Of a stretch of 64,000 bases of DNA, positions 1 to 12,170 are shown one piece after another; position 1 is the first letter of the stretch, and each line of letters starts with the position of its first letter. Under the pieces are notes generated by a model. That model had not been told where the DNA came from, ran no database searches, and saw nothing but the letters and a program-made list of their open reading frames with translations. The position numbers and the translations under genes are program-made. Source of the DNA: Octopus bimaculoides (lineage: Eukaryota); the NCBI RefSeq assembly GCF_001194135.2, contig NC_068982.1, positions 125,942,698 through 126,006,697 of the forward strand. The letters are read 5' to 3'.

Positions 1-299
1 GTCTGGTGTATATAATATTGAAATATTAAAATAAGGAACCTGTGTATCAATCGAAGTAATCCGTATTTCTGCATATAACTTTAACTTGCTCCATTTTAAA
101 CAAAACTGTCCAACGAGCAGGAACATGAAACTCTGAGTAACAGTTTTTGTGATATCTTTGCTGCTTTTATATCGCTGTATGAACCAGACTGTCAGATTTT
201 ATACTCTGCTGGACACAATATACTTCCTTGCATTGTTGTAACTTTCCAAATGATGCCATCCTGCTTGTTAGGCGGTCAGGCCAACATTCCCCTTGACTT

Positions 300-464
300 G
301 AATGACTGTCCTGTCCACTGCAGGGTTGTTCATTTACAGCTCAGTGGACTAGAACAACATAAAATGAAGTGTTTTGCTCAAGAACACAATGCATTGCCAG
401 TCTGGGAATTGAAACTATGAGATTGAGATCATGAGTGCAACACCCTAATAACTTGGTCACATGG
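300..464 (-). mobile_element. Degenerate tRNA-type SINE (family B-related)
   Basis: Minus strand reads catgtgaccaagttattagggtgttgcactcatgatc...gtttcaattcccagactgg...tgtgttcttgagcaaaacactt, matching copies at 9490 and 10638. Confidence 0.65.
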
Positions 465-467
465 CTT

Positions 468-625
468 TACAAAAAGCACCCACTACACTCTCGGAATGGC
501 TGGCGTTAGGAAGGGCATCCAGCTGTAGAAACCTTGCCAGATCAGCCTCCTGCCTTGCCAGTCCTCGGTCAAACCATCCAACCCATGCCAGCATGGAAAG
601 CGGATGTTAAACGATGATGATGATG

Positions 626-626
<1 letters not shown>
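468..626 (+). mobile_element. Family D repeat, (GAT)n-tailed, 5'-truncated
   Basis: aaaaagcacccactacactctcgg...aggaagggcatccagctgtagaaac...gttaaacgatgatgatgatg; more than 12 similar copies in the window. Confidence 0.85.
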
Positions 627-664
<38 letters not shown>

Positions 665-760
665 TTCAGGGTAGTAAAATATTATTTAGAAATTTTTTAC
701 CACCGTGGCCTAGCGTGTAGAAAAACTAGTCAATAGACTATATATTATTCATTATATATA

Positions 761-965
761 CAGTGTACATTTAAACACATAAGAGATGGCCATAATTGGA
801 CATCCAAACTGCTAGAAGGAGTAGTTAAAATCCAAACCATAATTAGGGGTAATTCTGAAAGGGAATGAAAAACAAAAACATTTACCATCTATTTTCTGGA
901 CCATGGTTTCAAGCTATCTTCAGTAAATAAAGTAGGCCATCTCTTATGTGTTTAAATGTACACTG
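761..965. repeat. TA-flanked foldback, 31 bp perfect inverted arms
   Basis: cagtgtacatttaaacacataagagatggcc (761-791) is the exact reverse complement of 935-965; both arms border TA runs. Confidence 0.85.
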
Positions 966-2053
966 TATATATATATATATATATACATATATCTTTGTAC
1001 TACATGGACTATGCAAGTATACCATAGTATTATATAGGTTGTGTAGATGTAACATGTACAATCTATACCATAGTATTGTACAGATATTGTGCTATTTTCC
1101 TATTTTTTTTCATGGTTTGGTCTGAAAGAAGGAGCTGTGTCATGGTCTGCAGACCCACTGAGTTTGGTGGGTTTAATGCAGTTAACGTTTCTCTTGAACA
1201 GCTGCAAATTGACAACTTCAGGAAAATGATATATTGAAGGAAAGAATTTCAGTGGGGCAACATTCTGAGAAAGAAGGACTGAGAAAAACAGATATGAGTG
1301 GCCTGGAAATTAGCCCAGTATAAGTGACAAAAGGAAGGCCTGGGAATTAGCCCAATATAAGTGACAAAAGGAGGAGAGATTAATGGGTTGGAAGTGCCTG
1401 AGTAGGAGTGGCATAAACCAACCAGCTTCAAAGCGAGAGAGGCTAATATAGTAGAGGCAGCAAAAGGAAAAAAATGGAAGTAAAAAATGGTCAGAGGTTG
1501 TATTTTAAATGATAATTAATACTTTAATCAGAGTCTTAAATGGAGTGATGATATAATAATTCCATTAACAATCGGATTAAAGTACTAACCAGGAAGAGGG
1601 AACAAAATCTAAGGGAAATAACTTCTTTGTAAATCAACAATTATTGATTTAATTCAAAATTCAAGAATATCTATTAGAATTTTAACACTCTGACACTTCT
1701 GTATAAAAGGTACAGTTGAGTTATATAAAGATTAAAACTATTCTTAAGTTTTATCACTGATTATTATCTTAGATGCTCTCCCTTTCCTATGGAAGGATAA
1801 CTGCAGTTGTGATGCATTCAAATGTAAATGCGTTCAAAATAATGGTGAAATAATGGGAAAAACAATAAAACTTGCATGTTTCTCAAAACTAAAGAAAAAT
1901 TAAAAATGACTATCAAAGTATTTCTGGAATTCAATACCTCTGCTGAGACATATCACTTTGTAGTTTAGAATTTCACTTTGCAAACATGTAGCTCTGGGTT
2001 TGATCCTGTAGCACAACACCTCAAACTAATGTCTTCTATTGTAGCTTTGAATT

Positions 2054-2451
2054 ACTCTTTTACTTGTTTGTCATTTGACTGTGGCCATGCTGGAGCACCG
2101 CCTTTAGTCAAGCAAATCGACCCCAGGACTTATTCTTTGTAAGCCTAGCACTTATTCTATCAGTCTCTTTTTGCCGAACCGCTAAGTTATGGGGACGTAA
2201 ACACAACAGCATCGGTTGTCAAGCGATGTTGGGGGGACAAACACAGACACACACACATACATATATATGATTATTATCTTAGATGCATATATACGACGGG
2301 CTTCTTTCAGTTTCCGTCTACCAAATCCACTCACAAGGCTTTGGTCAGCCCGAGGCTATAGTTGAAGACACTTGCCCAAGGTGCCACGCAGTGGGACTGA
2401 ACCCAGAACCATGTGGTTGTTAAGCAAGCTACTTACCACACAGCCACTCCT
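2054..2451 (-). mobile_element. Family A SINE, full length
   Basis: Reverse complement of 4216-4635 and 62232-62630; A/B-box-like head, internal (CA)/(TA) tract, aagtaaaagagt tail. Confidence 0.9.
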
Positions 2452-2523
2452 ATGCCTATATTATTCAATATATTATACTGGTTGTTAGAAATTACTTGGA
2501 AGCTCATTATTTACATACATAAA

Positions 2524-2762
2524 GTGGTGAGCTGACAGAAACGTTTGCATGTTGGACAAACTGCTCAGCAGCATTTCTGTCAGCTCTTTCAGCTCTTTAC
2601 ATTCATCATCATCTGATGATGAATGTAAAGGGCTGTCTTCCCTGCAGGCATGGGGGGGGGGGGTGTTCAAATTCCACTAAGGTTGACTTTGCCTTTTAAC
2701 TTATCAGGGTCAATAAAATAAGTATCAGTTGAACACTGGGGGTCAATGTAATCGACTTCATC
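2524..2762 (+). mobile_element. Family C SINE, degenerate, with internal insertion
   Basis: gagctgacagaaacg...gttcaaattccact...gactttgcctttt...gtcaataaaataagtatcag resembles 7800-8024. Confidence 0.65.
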
Positions 2763-3474
2763 CTTCTTTTACAATTCCTGGTCTTGTACCAGAATTTGAA
2801 ACCATTTTTAACACACATGCCAGCATGGAAAACGGATGTTGAATGATGATGGCAATACTTACATACACACGAGTGCTTATGCATATGTATCACATATACC
2901 TGCTTTTTCTATGCTGGCATAGTTTAGACAAGACTTTTTGAGGCAGTATTCTGTTGCCAAATGCTGTTTGTCACCATCACTGTCATCATTATCATTTTAG
3001 TGTCCACATTCCTGTTGGCATGGATTGTAAGTTTTGATAGTTTCTGCTTTGGCAGTTTCTCTGGTTGGATGCCCTTCCTAATGCCAACCACTTGAGAGTG
3101 CTTGTGTAACCAGATAAAATATTCGGATGATTGTTTCACACTGAACTGCTGAGTGAGGCATTTTGTGCATGGAAAATATAAAGAAATCTTGCTGAGGTTC
3201 AAACTGTTAATGCAAAGAAACAAAGTAACCGCCCCACCATATACACACACAGCCAAATGATTAAGACCTTGCTTTTCAACCAGAAATGCCAAGATTTGAT
3301 CCTACTGAGTGGTAGATACCATTCTTTATAGCCTTAGGTCAGCTCATACCTTGTGTGTGAGTGTGGGCCAATGGAAACTGCATAAAAGCCCACTGGAAAG
3401 ATTGTACCTGTAATTCAAAGGTACAGTCTAGTCACTTTCTGTGTTACGCTGGTTCTTTCTGAGAATTATATTAA

Positions 3475-3684
3475 CCCCTTAACATATACATTTTTTACCA
3501 ATTTCTGTGTAAAAAATATATTTTTTATTGATGATAGAAAATGGGAATAACATCATGAATGAAGTACTTCAGGTTAGAAATAAGTGACAGATACCTCAGA
3601 GTACAGTAAACGAATATTTTCATTAAAATATATATTTACTAAACATCTCTGAACGAAGATATATGGGGATAATATGTTAAGAGG
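3475..3684. mobile_element. TTAA-flanked MITE (piggyBac-type ends)
   Basis: ttaa|ccccttaacatat ... atatgttaagagg|ttaa, TIR 12/13 match, TTAA on both sides. Confidence 0.75.
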
Positions 3685-3728
3685 TTAAGGGTGTACATAT
3701 TTGCGGTATGTTTAGCCTGCTTTTACGT

Positions 3729-4103
3729 GGAGGCGCAATGGCCCAGTGGTTAGGGCAACGGACTCGTGGTCATAGGATCACGGTTTCGATTCCCAGACCG
3801 GGCGTTGTGAGTGTTTATTGAGCGAAAACACCTAAAGATCCACGAGGCTCTGGCAGGGGATGGTGGCGAACCCTGCTGTACTCTTCCACCACAACTTTCT
3901 CTCACTCTTTCTTCCTGTTTCTGTTGTGCCTGTAATTCAAAGGGTCAGCCTTGTCATGCTGAATATCCCCGAGAACTACGTTAAGGGTACACATGTCTGT
4001 GGAGTGCTCAGCCACCTGCACGTTAATTTCACGAGCAGGCTGTTCTGTTGATCGGATCAACTGGAACTCTCGACATCGTAAGCGACGGAGTGCCAACAAC
4101 AAC
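3729..4103 (+). mobile_element. Family B SINE, full length
   Basis: tRNA-like head (tggcccagtgg; ggtttcgattccc), (AAC)n tail; close reverse-complement copy at 37009-37371. Confidence 0.9.
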
Positions 4104-4215
4104 ACTGATAGTGTTGATGATAGAAAATAGGAATAACATCATGAACGAAGTACTTCAGGTTAGAAATTAGTGACAGATACCTCAGAGTACACTAAACGTA
4201 TATTTTCATTCAAAT

Positions 4216-4377
4216 GCAGGAGTGGCTGTGTGGTAAGTAGCTTGCTTACCAACCACATGGTTCCAGGTTCAGTCCCACTGCGTGGCACCTTGGGCAAGTG
4301 TCTTTTACTATAGCCTCGGGCCGACCAAAGCCTTGTGAGTGGATTTGGTAGACGGAAACTGAAAGAAGCCCGTCGTA

Positions 4378-4410
<33 letters not shown>

Positions 4411-4635
4411 NNNNNNNNNNNNNNNNNNNNNNNNNNNNNNNNNNNNNNNNNAACATCGCTTGACAACCGATGCTGGTGTGTTTACGTCCCCGTAACTTAG
4501 CGGTTCGGCAAAGAGACCGATAGAATAAGTACTAGGCTTCCAAAGAATAAGTCCTGGGGTCGATTTGCTCGACTAAAGGCGGTGCTCCAGCATGGCCGCA
4601 GTCAAATGACTGAAACAAGTAAAAGAGTAAAAGAG
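4216..4635 (+). mobile_element. Family A SINE, full length (internal N gap), interrupting a duplicated MITE segment
   Basis: gcaggagtggctgtgtggtaag ... gaaacaagtaaaagagtaaaagag; its flanks rejoin into a copy of 3528-3700. Confidence 0.9.
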
Positions 4636-5918
4636 TTACTAAACATCTCTGAACGAAAATATATGGGATAATATGTTAAGAGGATAAGGCTGTACGCTTT
4701 TACATTAATTCAGGAACTGTCAATTGAGTCGACTGAAAAACTGAAACCTCATTGTCAAATGATAGAGAACAATCTATTGAGATGCAGTACAAATTTTGTT
4801 TGTGACCAGGTTGCAGTTTTGAGGGACAAAAGTTTTGACAGCATATTACAAGCAATAAAGGTTTTAATGGAGTTAACAGACTTTGTGTTTTTCTGAATGG
4901 CTAACATGTGTCTTCCATGCTGCAGTTGTATGTGTATGTGTTTAGTTCTTTGTTTCTATTGCTGTTTATTAGTAAAGAATGTGAACATAAATGGAAAAAA
5001 GTTGTTACTCTTCAAAGCCCTCTGAGTTTCAAAAATGCAGTGAACTGGTAATTTGGCTTATAAGAAATTTGTAACGAAAAATGGTACTATTTAAATGTTG
5101 TGATAAGAAAATAAAATATGTAAATATGAAACTGATATGACAAAGCTTGCAAATAGTTCCACGAATCAAACAAAGTTTGATGATGAAATAACACTTAAAT
5201 TAGGACTGCCAGCATGGAAAACGGACATTGAATGATGATGACAATACTTACATACACATGAGTGCTTATGCATATATATCACGTGAATAGAAACAAGATG
5301 GGAGAAAAGGTGGTAGAAGAGGAGCTGCTGGAAATTGGATGATGGAAAAGAGTGATGGCTGTCAACAAGTCACTTAGGAAAGACAGTGTGGATATTAGCA
5401 AAAATGAAAGAAAATAACATAGGATAAAGAACATGGCAAGGGTAAAAAAAAAAGTTTGATATGAGATAAAAGTTTGACTCAGCTACAAGACTGTTGAGAA
5501 ATAAATACATAACACCTTCATTGACGATCATGTTATTGAAATGATATTATTTGTGATAATTGATATTTTGAGCTTTAATAAAATATGCTCAACAATTTCT
5601 TTTTTCTTTATAACTTATGGCTTACTTGTTCTGGCAAGACATTAAACTGCAGCTAGTGTTAAGGAGTTTAGGGGTTTGAGGGAAAATGGAGTTACCCCTT
5701 AGTCATCCCTACTCCTGGATCCATGCTGGCCCAAGGTAGTATCTTAGTTATGTGTCATGTTGCAGAAGAGAGAGTGTAGTTAAGATTTACAGGACTCAGA
5801 AAAGGGTTAGCTCCTAGTCCTATATTACACGGGGCCACAAGCATGTGAACATGCTCTGATATCATATGAATCAGTTCCCTTGATTGAATAGGCTTTGTGT
5901 TTCATTTATAACCCATAA

Positions 5919-6115
5919 CCCTTTAACATTTAAACTGACCAAATATTCTGCCAGACTAACCTGATCTGTCCTTTCACACTTACCCTACTGTGTTATTCTA
6001 AAAATAATCAATCATGTCATCAAAGTCTCAAAGCTACTTAATAATACATGATTAATTCAAAGAAATGTGAATAAATAAGCATTACATTTCACTGAGTAAT
6101 CTGAATGCTAAAAGG
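5919..6115 (-). mobile_element. TTAA-type MITE, same family as 28337-28557
   Basis: ccctttaacattt ... aatgctaaaagg|ttaa; interior is the reverse complement of the 28.4 kb copy. Confidence 0.75.
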
Positions 6116-6613
6116 TTAAGTGTGGCAGAGAAAGAGACTAGCATAGAAATTGTTGATAAACTGGGAAATCACTGCTGTATATTTCTTAAGAAAAACAGTG
6201 AATCTTTAGACTCTTGGCACGACAGTCCATGATTACTGATGCCTGTAGGCACGACACCTGAAAAGAGAGCAAACGTCTTATTACCTTACTTTGCTGAAAA
6301 ACTTGGTAACATTTTGCTAAGATTATGAAATGTTCAGATCATCATCTTTATCATTTAACGTCTGATGATGATGATTAAAATCATTTACATTTTGTCAGTA
6401 TTGTAAAGTAAATATAAAATGATTTTTAATAATGCTTATTATCATAAATGATTGCAATATGGATAATGGTTTCTTACAAAGGTAACTGAATCTATTTCAT
6501 TAATTTAAGCAGGATGAAAAGCTAAGTGAAAAAAAGATATAAAATAAAATGCAGTGAAGTATTTAGTCTGGAACACTGCTGCTTCTGTCACTCTACTGCC
6601 TTTACTACTGCTA

Positions 6614-7465
6614 TTAGGTTGTTCCAAAAATAATGGCTGATTTTATTCTGGAAAAATTAACAATAGAAATGTTTTGATTAATCAAAGTATGAGCCGTGAA
6701 CATCTATGCATCTCTGCCATCAATCAACGAGATTATTTATGCCTCGTTGATAAAAACTTATTGACTTTGATGCTAAGAAATCTTTAGAAGCTGATTCCAC
6801 TTCTGGTTTGGACCTGAAAGTTTTATCACTTAAAAATGTGTTTAAATGCTTTAAAAAATGGTAGTCAGTGGGTGAAACATCAAGAGAATATGGAGGATGT
6901 GGTAAAATCATGTATCCCAAGTCTGTGAGTTTCTGCAGCGTCGTTCTTGCAACATGTGGCTTTGCATCATCATGGAGCAGAACTGGGCCATGCCATTTCA
7001 CCAATGCAGGTTTCATTTTTTGCAAGTGAGCATGCATTTTCAGCGAGTTGATTGCAGTAAACCTCTGCTGTAATGCTCTGATTGACTTCCAGAAAGCTGT
7101 AATGGACAACACCAATTGCAGACCACCAGGGAGTCACCATAATCTTTGCTAACTTTCGATTTGGAAAAATTTGGGGGGACTCATCACGATCAAGCCATTG
7201 ACCTGATCATTTACGGTTATCATAAAGGATCCACTTTTTCGGTTAAGAAAAGGATCATTGGTGATTCACAGAAAGAGGATTGAGCACACTTCAAAATGCT
7301 GAGCTTTTTGATTTTCATTGAGCTCGTGCAGTACCCATTTATCGAGCTTTTTCACCTTACCAATCTTCTGCAAATTGCTTGAGACCATTGCAATACTGAC
7401 ACCAAATGCCTGAGACATTTCTCTAACACTTTGATGTGTCAACTAATGGTGCTTCTCCAAATTTC
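6614..7465 (-). mobile_element. Mariner (DD34D-type) transposon relic
   Basis: TA followed by TIR-like ttaggttgttccaaaaataatggctg at 6612; the other end is not recognisable. Confidence 0.8.
6720..7260 (-). pseudogene. Mariner transposase catalytic-domain pseudogene
   Basis: Translates KWILYDNRK*SGQWLD, LLHDDAKPH (HDNARPH motif) and HPPYSLDVSPTDYHF (HPPYSPDLAPSDY motif), with stops and frameshifts. Confidence 0.9.
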
Positions 7466-7640
7466 AGGCCTTGAAGTAAGTTTTAGGGTAGTGGATTAGA
7501 AGAATCATTAGCTTGTTGGGAAAAAAAAATGCTTTGTAATATTTCTTCCTACTTTTTATGTTGAGTTCAAATCCCTCTGAGGTCAGTTTCATCTCTCGGG
7601 GGTCAATGAAATAAAGTACCAGTCCAGTACTGGGAGCGAT

Positions 7641-8082
7641 ATCATCATCATTATCATCGTTTAATGTCTGCTTTCCATGCTGGCATGGGTTGGACAGTTT
7701 GACTGAGGACTGGTGAGCCAGAAGGCTGTACCAGGCTCCAGTCTGATCTGGCAAGGTTTCTACAGCTACATGCCCTTCCTAACGCCAACCACTCTGAGAT
7801 GAGCTGGCAGAATCGTTAGCATGCCGGGTGAAATGCTTAGTGGTATTTCGTCTGCTGTTACGTTCTGAGTTCAATTCCACCGAGGTAGACTTTGCCTTTC
7901 ATCCTTTTGGGGTCGATTAAATAAGTACCAGTTATGCACTGGGGTCGATATAATCGATTTAATCCCTTTGTCTGTCCTTGTTTGTCCCCTCTATGTTTAC
8001 CCCCTTGTGGGCAATAAAGAAATAACTCTGAGAGTGTTGTGGGTTCTTTTTATGTGTCACAGGCACGAGGGCCAGTCAGGCG
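7641..8082 (-). mobile_element. Family D repeat interrupted by a family C SINE
   Basis: (atc)n at 7641; body resumes after 8024 with ctctgagagtgttgtggg. Confidence 0.8.
7800..8024 (+). mobile_element. Family C SINE with 9 bp TSD
   Basis: gagctggcagaatcgttagc...gagttcaattcc...aataaagaaata; actctgaga at 7791-7799 and 8025-8033. Confidence 0.85.
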
Positions 8083-9187
8083 TGAATTTTCAGGCCATAT
8101 GCCTACATTAGAACCTATTATTAACTCAAAGAATTCGTTATTCAATATTAGGAGAAATTGGCAGTTTTATCAGCTTTCCATCTCTTTTAGAACTGTCTTG
8201 TTAATGGCAGCAAGTAACGTTTGATTCACAAAATTACTGTTGCCCTATTCTAAATTTATCTAATTTAATTTGTATTGAAGAAGCAACAAAAAAATTAAAT
8301 TTGTATATTTCATGTATCTTCTTCGGTTTAAATTTCAAACTTCTAACCTTACCAAGCCTTCTAAAGAAATTATTAACTCCCTTACAATAACTGGCCACCA
8401 GGGCACACAACGTGTATGTATTGAGTTGCTTCCCTTGTAACCGGGCTTCTCCTTGGAAGTTGCGTCCCTTGCATTAAAATAACCCTATATTGAAGATGTA
8501 CGGACACTTTATTGTATTTAATTTTCATCTTTTGACGCTTTGAGCTCAAATACAACTGAGTGAAGTTTGCCTTTTCCTCTTTTCCGGATTAATAAATTAA
8601 ATACTAGGGACACACTCACATCTATTTAGATGATTTAACCTTTCTGATGAAAATCTAAATTGTGTGTAAGAAGTATGTTTTTAAAGTTACAAAAGCATCA
8701 TTAAAAATAAATTAGAACCACGTTTCCAGTTTCGTAAATCATATTTAAAAAACTAAACCGATAAGCATTGATTTTAGTTATCGTGTTCTTTATTTCTTTT
8801 CCATTTTCATTTCTTTTTTTTTAAGAGGCTTGGGAATATATCTAATTAAATAACGTTAAATATTTCACTGAGTTTCATTTAAAAAAGGTGATTACAACTA
8901 GTGACGAGGATAGGGTGCTAAACTAAAAAAATAGTTATAATGTTCATATCCAGCCTTGAACACTATATTGTATCCATAGCAAGGATACTCAACATTTTAC
9001 TGGCTCTATCTACACAACCACCAATGAAATACTGTTAACTGCTTTTGAGAGGAGTGCTGCATAATTTATAAGTGCTCGGGTTGTTAGTACTCCTGTATGT
9101 GGCTGCAGAGGACTATTTGAAGCTTTCCCAATATTCACCATTGGAGCAGAGATTCCTATTTCGCCTCTGCCTTGCTACTGGATTTTG

Positions 9188-9360
9188 CAAAGCACCCACT
9201 ACACTCTTGGAGTGGTTGGCATTAGGAAGGGCATCCAGCTGTAGAAACTCTGCCAAATCAGATTGGAGCCTGATGTAACCATTTGGTTCACCAGTCCTCA
9301 GTCAAATCGTCCAACCCATGCTAGCATGGAAAGTGGAGGTTAAACGATGATGATGATGAT
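9188..9360 (+). mobile_element. Family D repeat
   Basis: aagcacccactacactc...aggaagggcatccagctgtagaaac...(gat)n. Confidence 0.85.
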
Positions 9361-9489
9361 TTCATAACTGGTGATTTCTTTTTGGTGACAGTTGGTACGT
9401 CACAGTTTATGTCATGTTAAATTACATATCTGTGTATGTGTATGCTTGTAAATGATACTTGTTTTCTGAAGTGTATAATGATACAGAGT

Positions 9490-9690
9490 GGAGGCACATG
9501 GCTAAGTGGTTAAGGTGTCGGACTCATAGTTGTAAGATTGTGGTTTCGATTCTTGGACTAGGTGATGCATTGTGTCCTTTAGCAAAAACACTTTATCTCA
9601 TGTCGCTCCAGTCCACTCAGCTGGTAAAAACTAGTAACCCTGAAATGGACTGGCGTCCCCATCCAGGGAGGAATGTATATGCCTGAAAAA
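9490..9690 (+). mobile_element. Family B-related SINE
   Basis: ggaggcacatggctaagtggttaagg...ggtttcgattct...tgtgtcctttagcaaaaacactt...gctccagtccactcagctgg. Confidence 0.7.
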
Positions 9691-10637
9691 GTGGGAACTG
9701 GACCTATGCTCATCATCATCATCGTTGTTTAACGACCGCTTTCCATGGGTTGGACGGTTTGACTGAGGACTGGCAAGCCAGAAGGCTGTACTAGGCTTTA
9801 ATCTGATCCTCATGGAGTCATGTGGACTAGCCATAATGATACAGAGTAAGTCAATATTAAAGATGTTTCATTTGGATATTCTTGGTTTCTTCTGTTTGCT
9901 TCAGCACTAACTTATTAATTGTTTATTGATAATTATCATTAAATGTACTTAATTGTCCTTAGAGAAATTCTTCTTTCAAAATATAGTCTTTTTTGCATGT
10001 CACTTGATTATGGAGAATAACAATCTATATTTTTGTAGTCTTCCACCTGAGTGGGAGCTTAGAATGATGCAGGTTTTTGTTGAATGTCACTTAAGACTGA
10101 GGTTGACTATCTCTCATCTGGATAAAATAGAAATGAGCTCAAACAACATTTGACTCTTATAGTAAATATTACTTCCAAACATTGTGGATCTTTTAAACTT
10201 AAAAAGGTCTCTCATCTGTTGTAGCTATTAAATTTGCAGCTACTGGTTACAGATATGAAACCTTACACTTGAAGCTGCCAAACCTTCTTTCTTTGACCAG
10301 TTATATAGGCTTTATATCATACAAGCTTTATTTCACAGTTAATCTTTGAAGTATCATATTGAAACTTTGCCTCCAGATTTGGTTGATCATTGAAATTGTT
10401 GCATATTCTTGCAATTATTTTATAAAATATAATCTCTCTTCCTTTTATCATCTCCATCTTCCTAAAATTTTGTATGAATTAAAAAATAAAAGCCTATCTT
10501 TGCAATTGAATATTCTCCTAAATTCAGCAGAGGAGACTTTTCTGACTCATGCAACATGGAAAAATAAAAGCAAAAATGATGATGGTGACTAAAATCTTCT
10601 CAATTTGTGAATGTTTATTGAATTACTCATACTATGT

Positions 10638-10790
10638 GGAGGTACGTGGTTTAGTGGTAAGGGTGTTGAATTCATGATCGTATGGTTCTAGTTTCAATTC
10701 CTAGACCAGGTGACACATTGTGTTCTTGAGCAAAACACTTCATTTCACATTGCACTAGTTCACTCACCTAGCAGAAATGAGTAATATGGC
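10638..10790 (+). mobile_element. Family B-related SINE, degenerate
   Basis: ggaggtacgtggtttagtggtaaggg...gtttcaattcctagacc...tgtgttcttgagcaaaacactt. Confidence 0.65.
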
Positions 10791-11889
10791 GAATTCGTGA
10801 AAGGCTTGGCAATTTGGTGATGGATGGTGGGCCTGCCTATAAGAATAAAAACAAGTATAAGGGAACTTCTGGACTGACAGGCTATAAGCCTATCTTGATG
10901 TTCATTTAAAAAATCTCCTAACACATTTTTTTCTTTTTAATGGAAATTATAAATATGATAAACTTGAAATTATAAATATGATTCATATAACTTTCTAAAA
11001 TGCTTACCAAGTTATAATCCTAAGCACATCATGATTAGCTCCAGTGCTAAGTAACTCAATAAAATTTTGCTCTAGTGTGATAAATTTGTAGAAATCCAGG
11101 AAATATAAGTATATTTTATATATGCCTTATGTATTTGGTAACATTTATATTAATAGAAGCGAAATCAATTGGCTATTATTTGGAAATTCTCTTGTTTATA
11201 CTCAAAGACAGAAACCATCCATTTCTTTTAAGTCAAAGAAACAAGTTACTTCTCTAGAATTTGCTTGCTTCCTTTCACATTTAATTTTCTTGATGCAAGT
11301 CTGTGGCAAGAGAATACCTTCTTGAGCTTTATTTCTGGAGATAAAATGCCAAATTGGTGTAATTAGTAATAGATTTAGTATCATCCAGTCAAATTGTTAT
11401 TATGGATCTTTTTGCTACTGATCATTTTATTTGCTTCTTCAGTTTTTATTCTTTCATTGGGTTTTTAGCAAATGAATTGAATTTAACCAGTTTGAAACCA
11501 TTCTATTGTTTGTCATGGGGGNNNNNNNNNNGGGGCTTGTTTTTATTTTATCCATTTATATATTGATTCTTTAATTAAATTTTATGAATTTTTTAAAATT
11601 AAATTTCCTTGAAAAAAAAATGCTTTAAATATAGAAATAGGAAGTTGATAAAAGCCACTTAATAAAGCAAAGTTGGAGAAAAATAAATTTATTCAGTATT
11701 TTGGCTTAACAAGTTGTAATCTTGAACTGAAAAATTCAAAATGACAGATAAATTGCGAATAACAAGAGAAACATTACAACTTGTGCTGGGATGCACATTG
11801 CAGCAAGGATGTGTGGGGTGTGTGTGTTTTTCACGTCATGCAATAAACTGTTGACAGTCAAGAAGCTCATGGTAATTGTTCATCTATGA

Positions 11890-12170
11890 TTGTAGACACC
11901 TAATAAATATAGCTTCTTTAACATGTGAGTTACTGCTGTGTCTGTCAAAGAATTTGATAGAAACTTTAACTTCTGCATTCTGGCAGCTGTCAAGATATCT
12001 TTTAACAGACAAGGCTGCTCTCAGACTTGTATACATAACCTAGATGGTGCTACCAATTTGAATCCTGTTTGATTTTACACGTTCAGTAGAGTGCACAGGA
12101 CACCATATAAACTCTAAGTATCTACAGACATTCCTATTTGTGCAGTGTACATATTCTCTGTCTGTTTTGT
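11890..12170 (-). pseudogene. Penelope-like GIY-YIG endonuclease relic (left arm of foldback)
   Basis: One frame reads NRIQIGSTI*VMYTSLRAALSVKRYLDSCQNAEVKVSIK, aligning with the right-arm translation. Confidence 0.5.

Noticed and set aside
1300-1372. 37 bp tandem pair
   Set aside because: Only two units; ordinary slippage duplication
3729-3800. tRNA gene
   Set aside because: A/B-box-like head continues into a SINE body and is multicopy; no full cloverleaf seen; same for heads of families A and C
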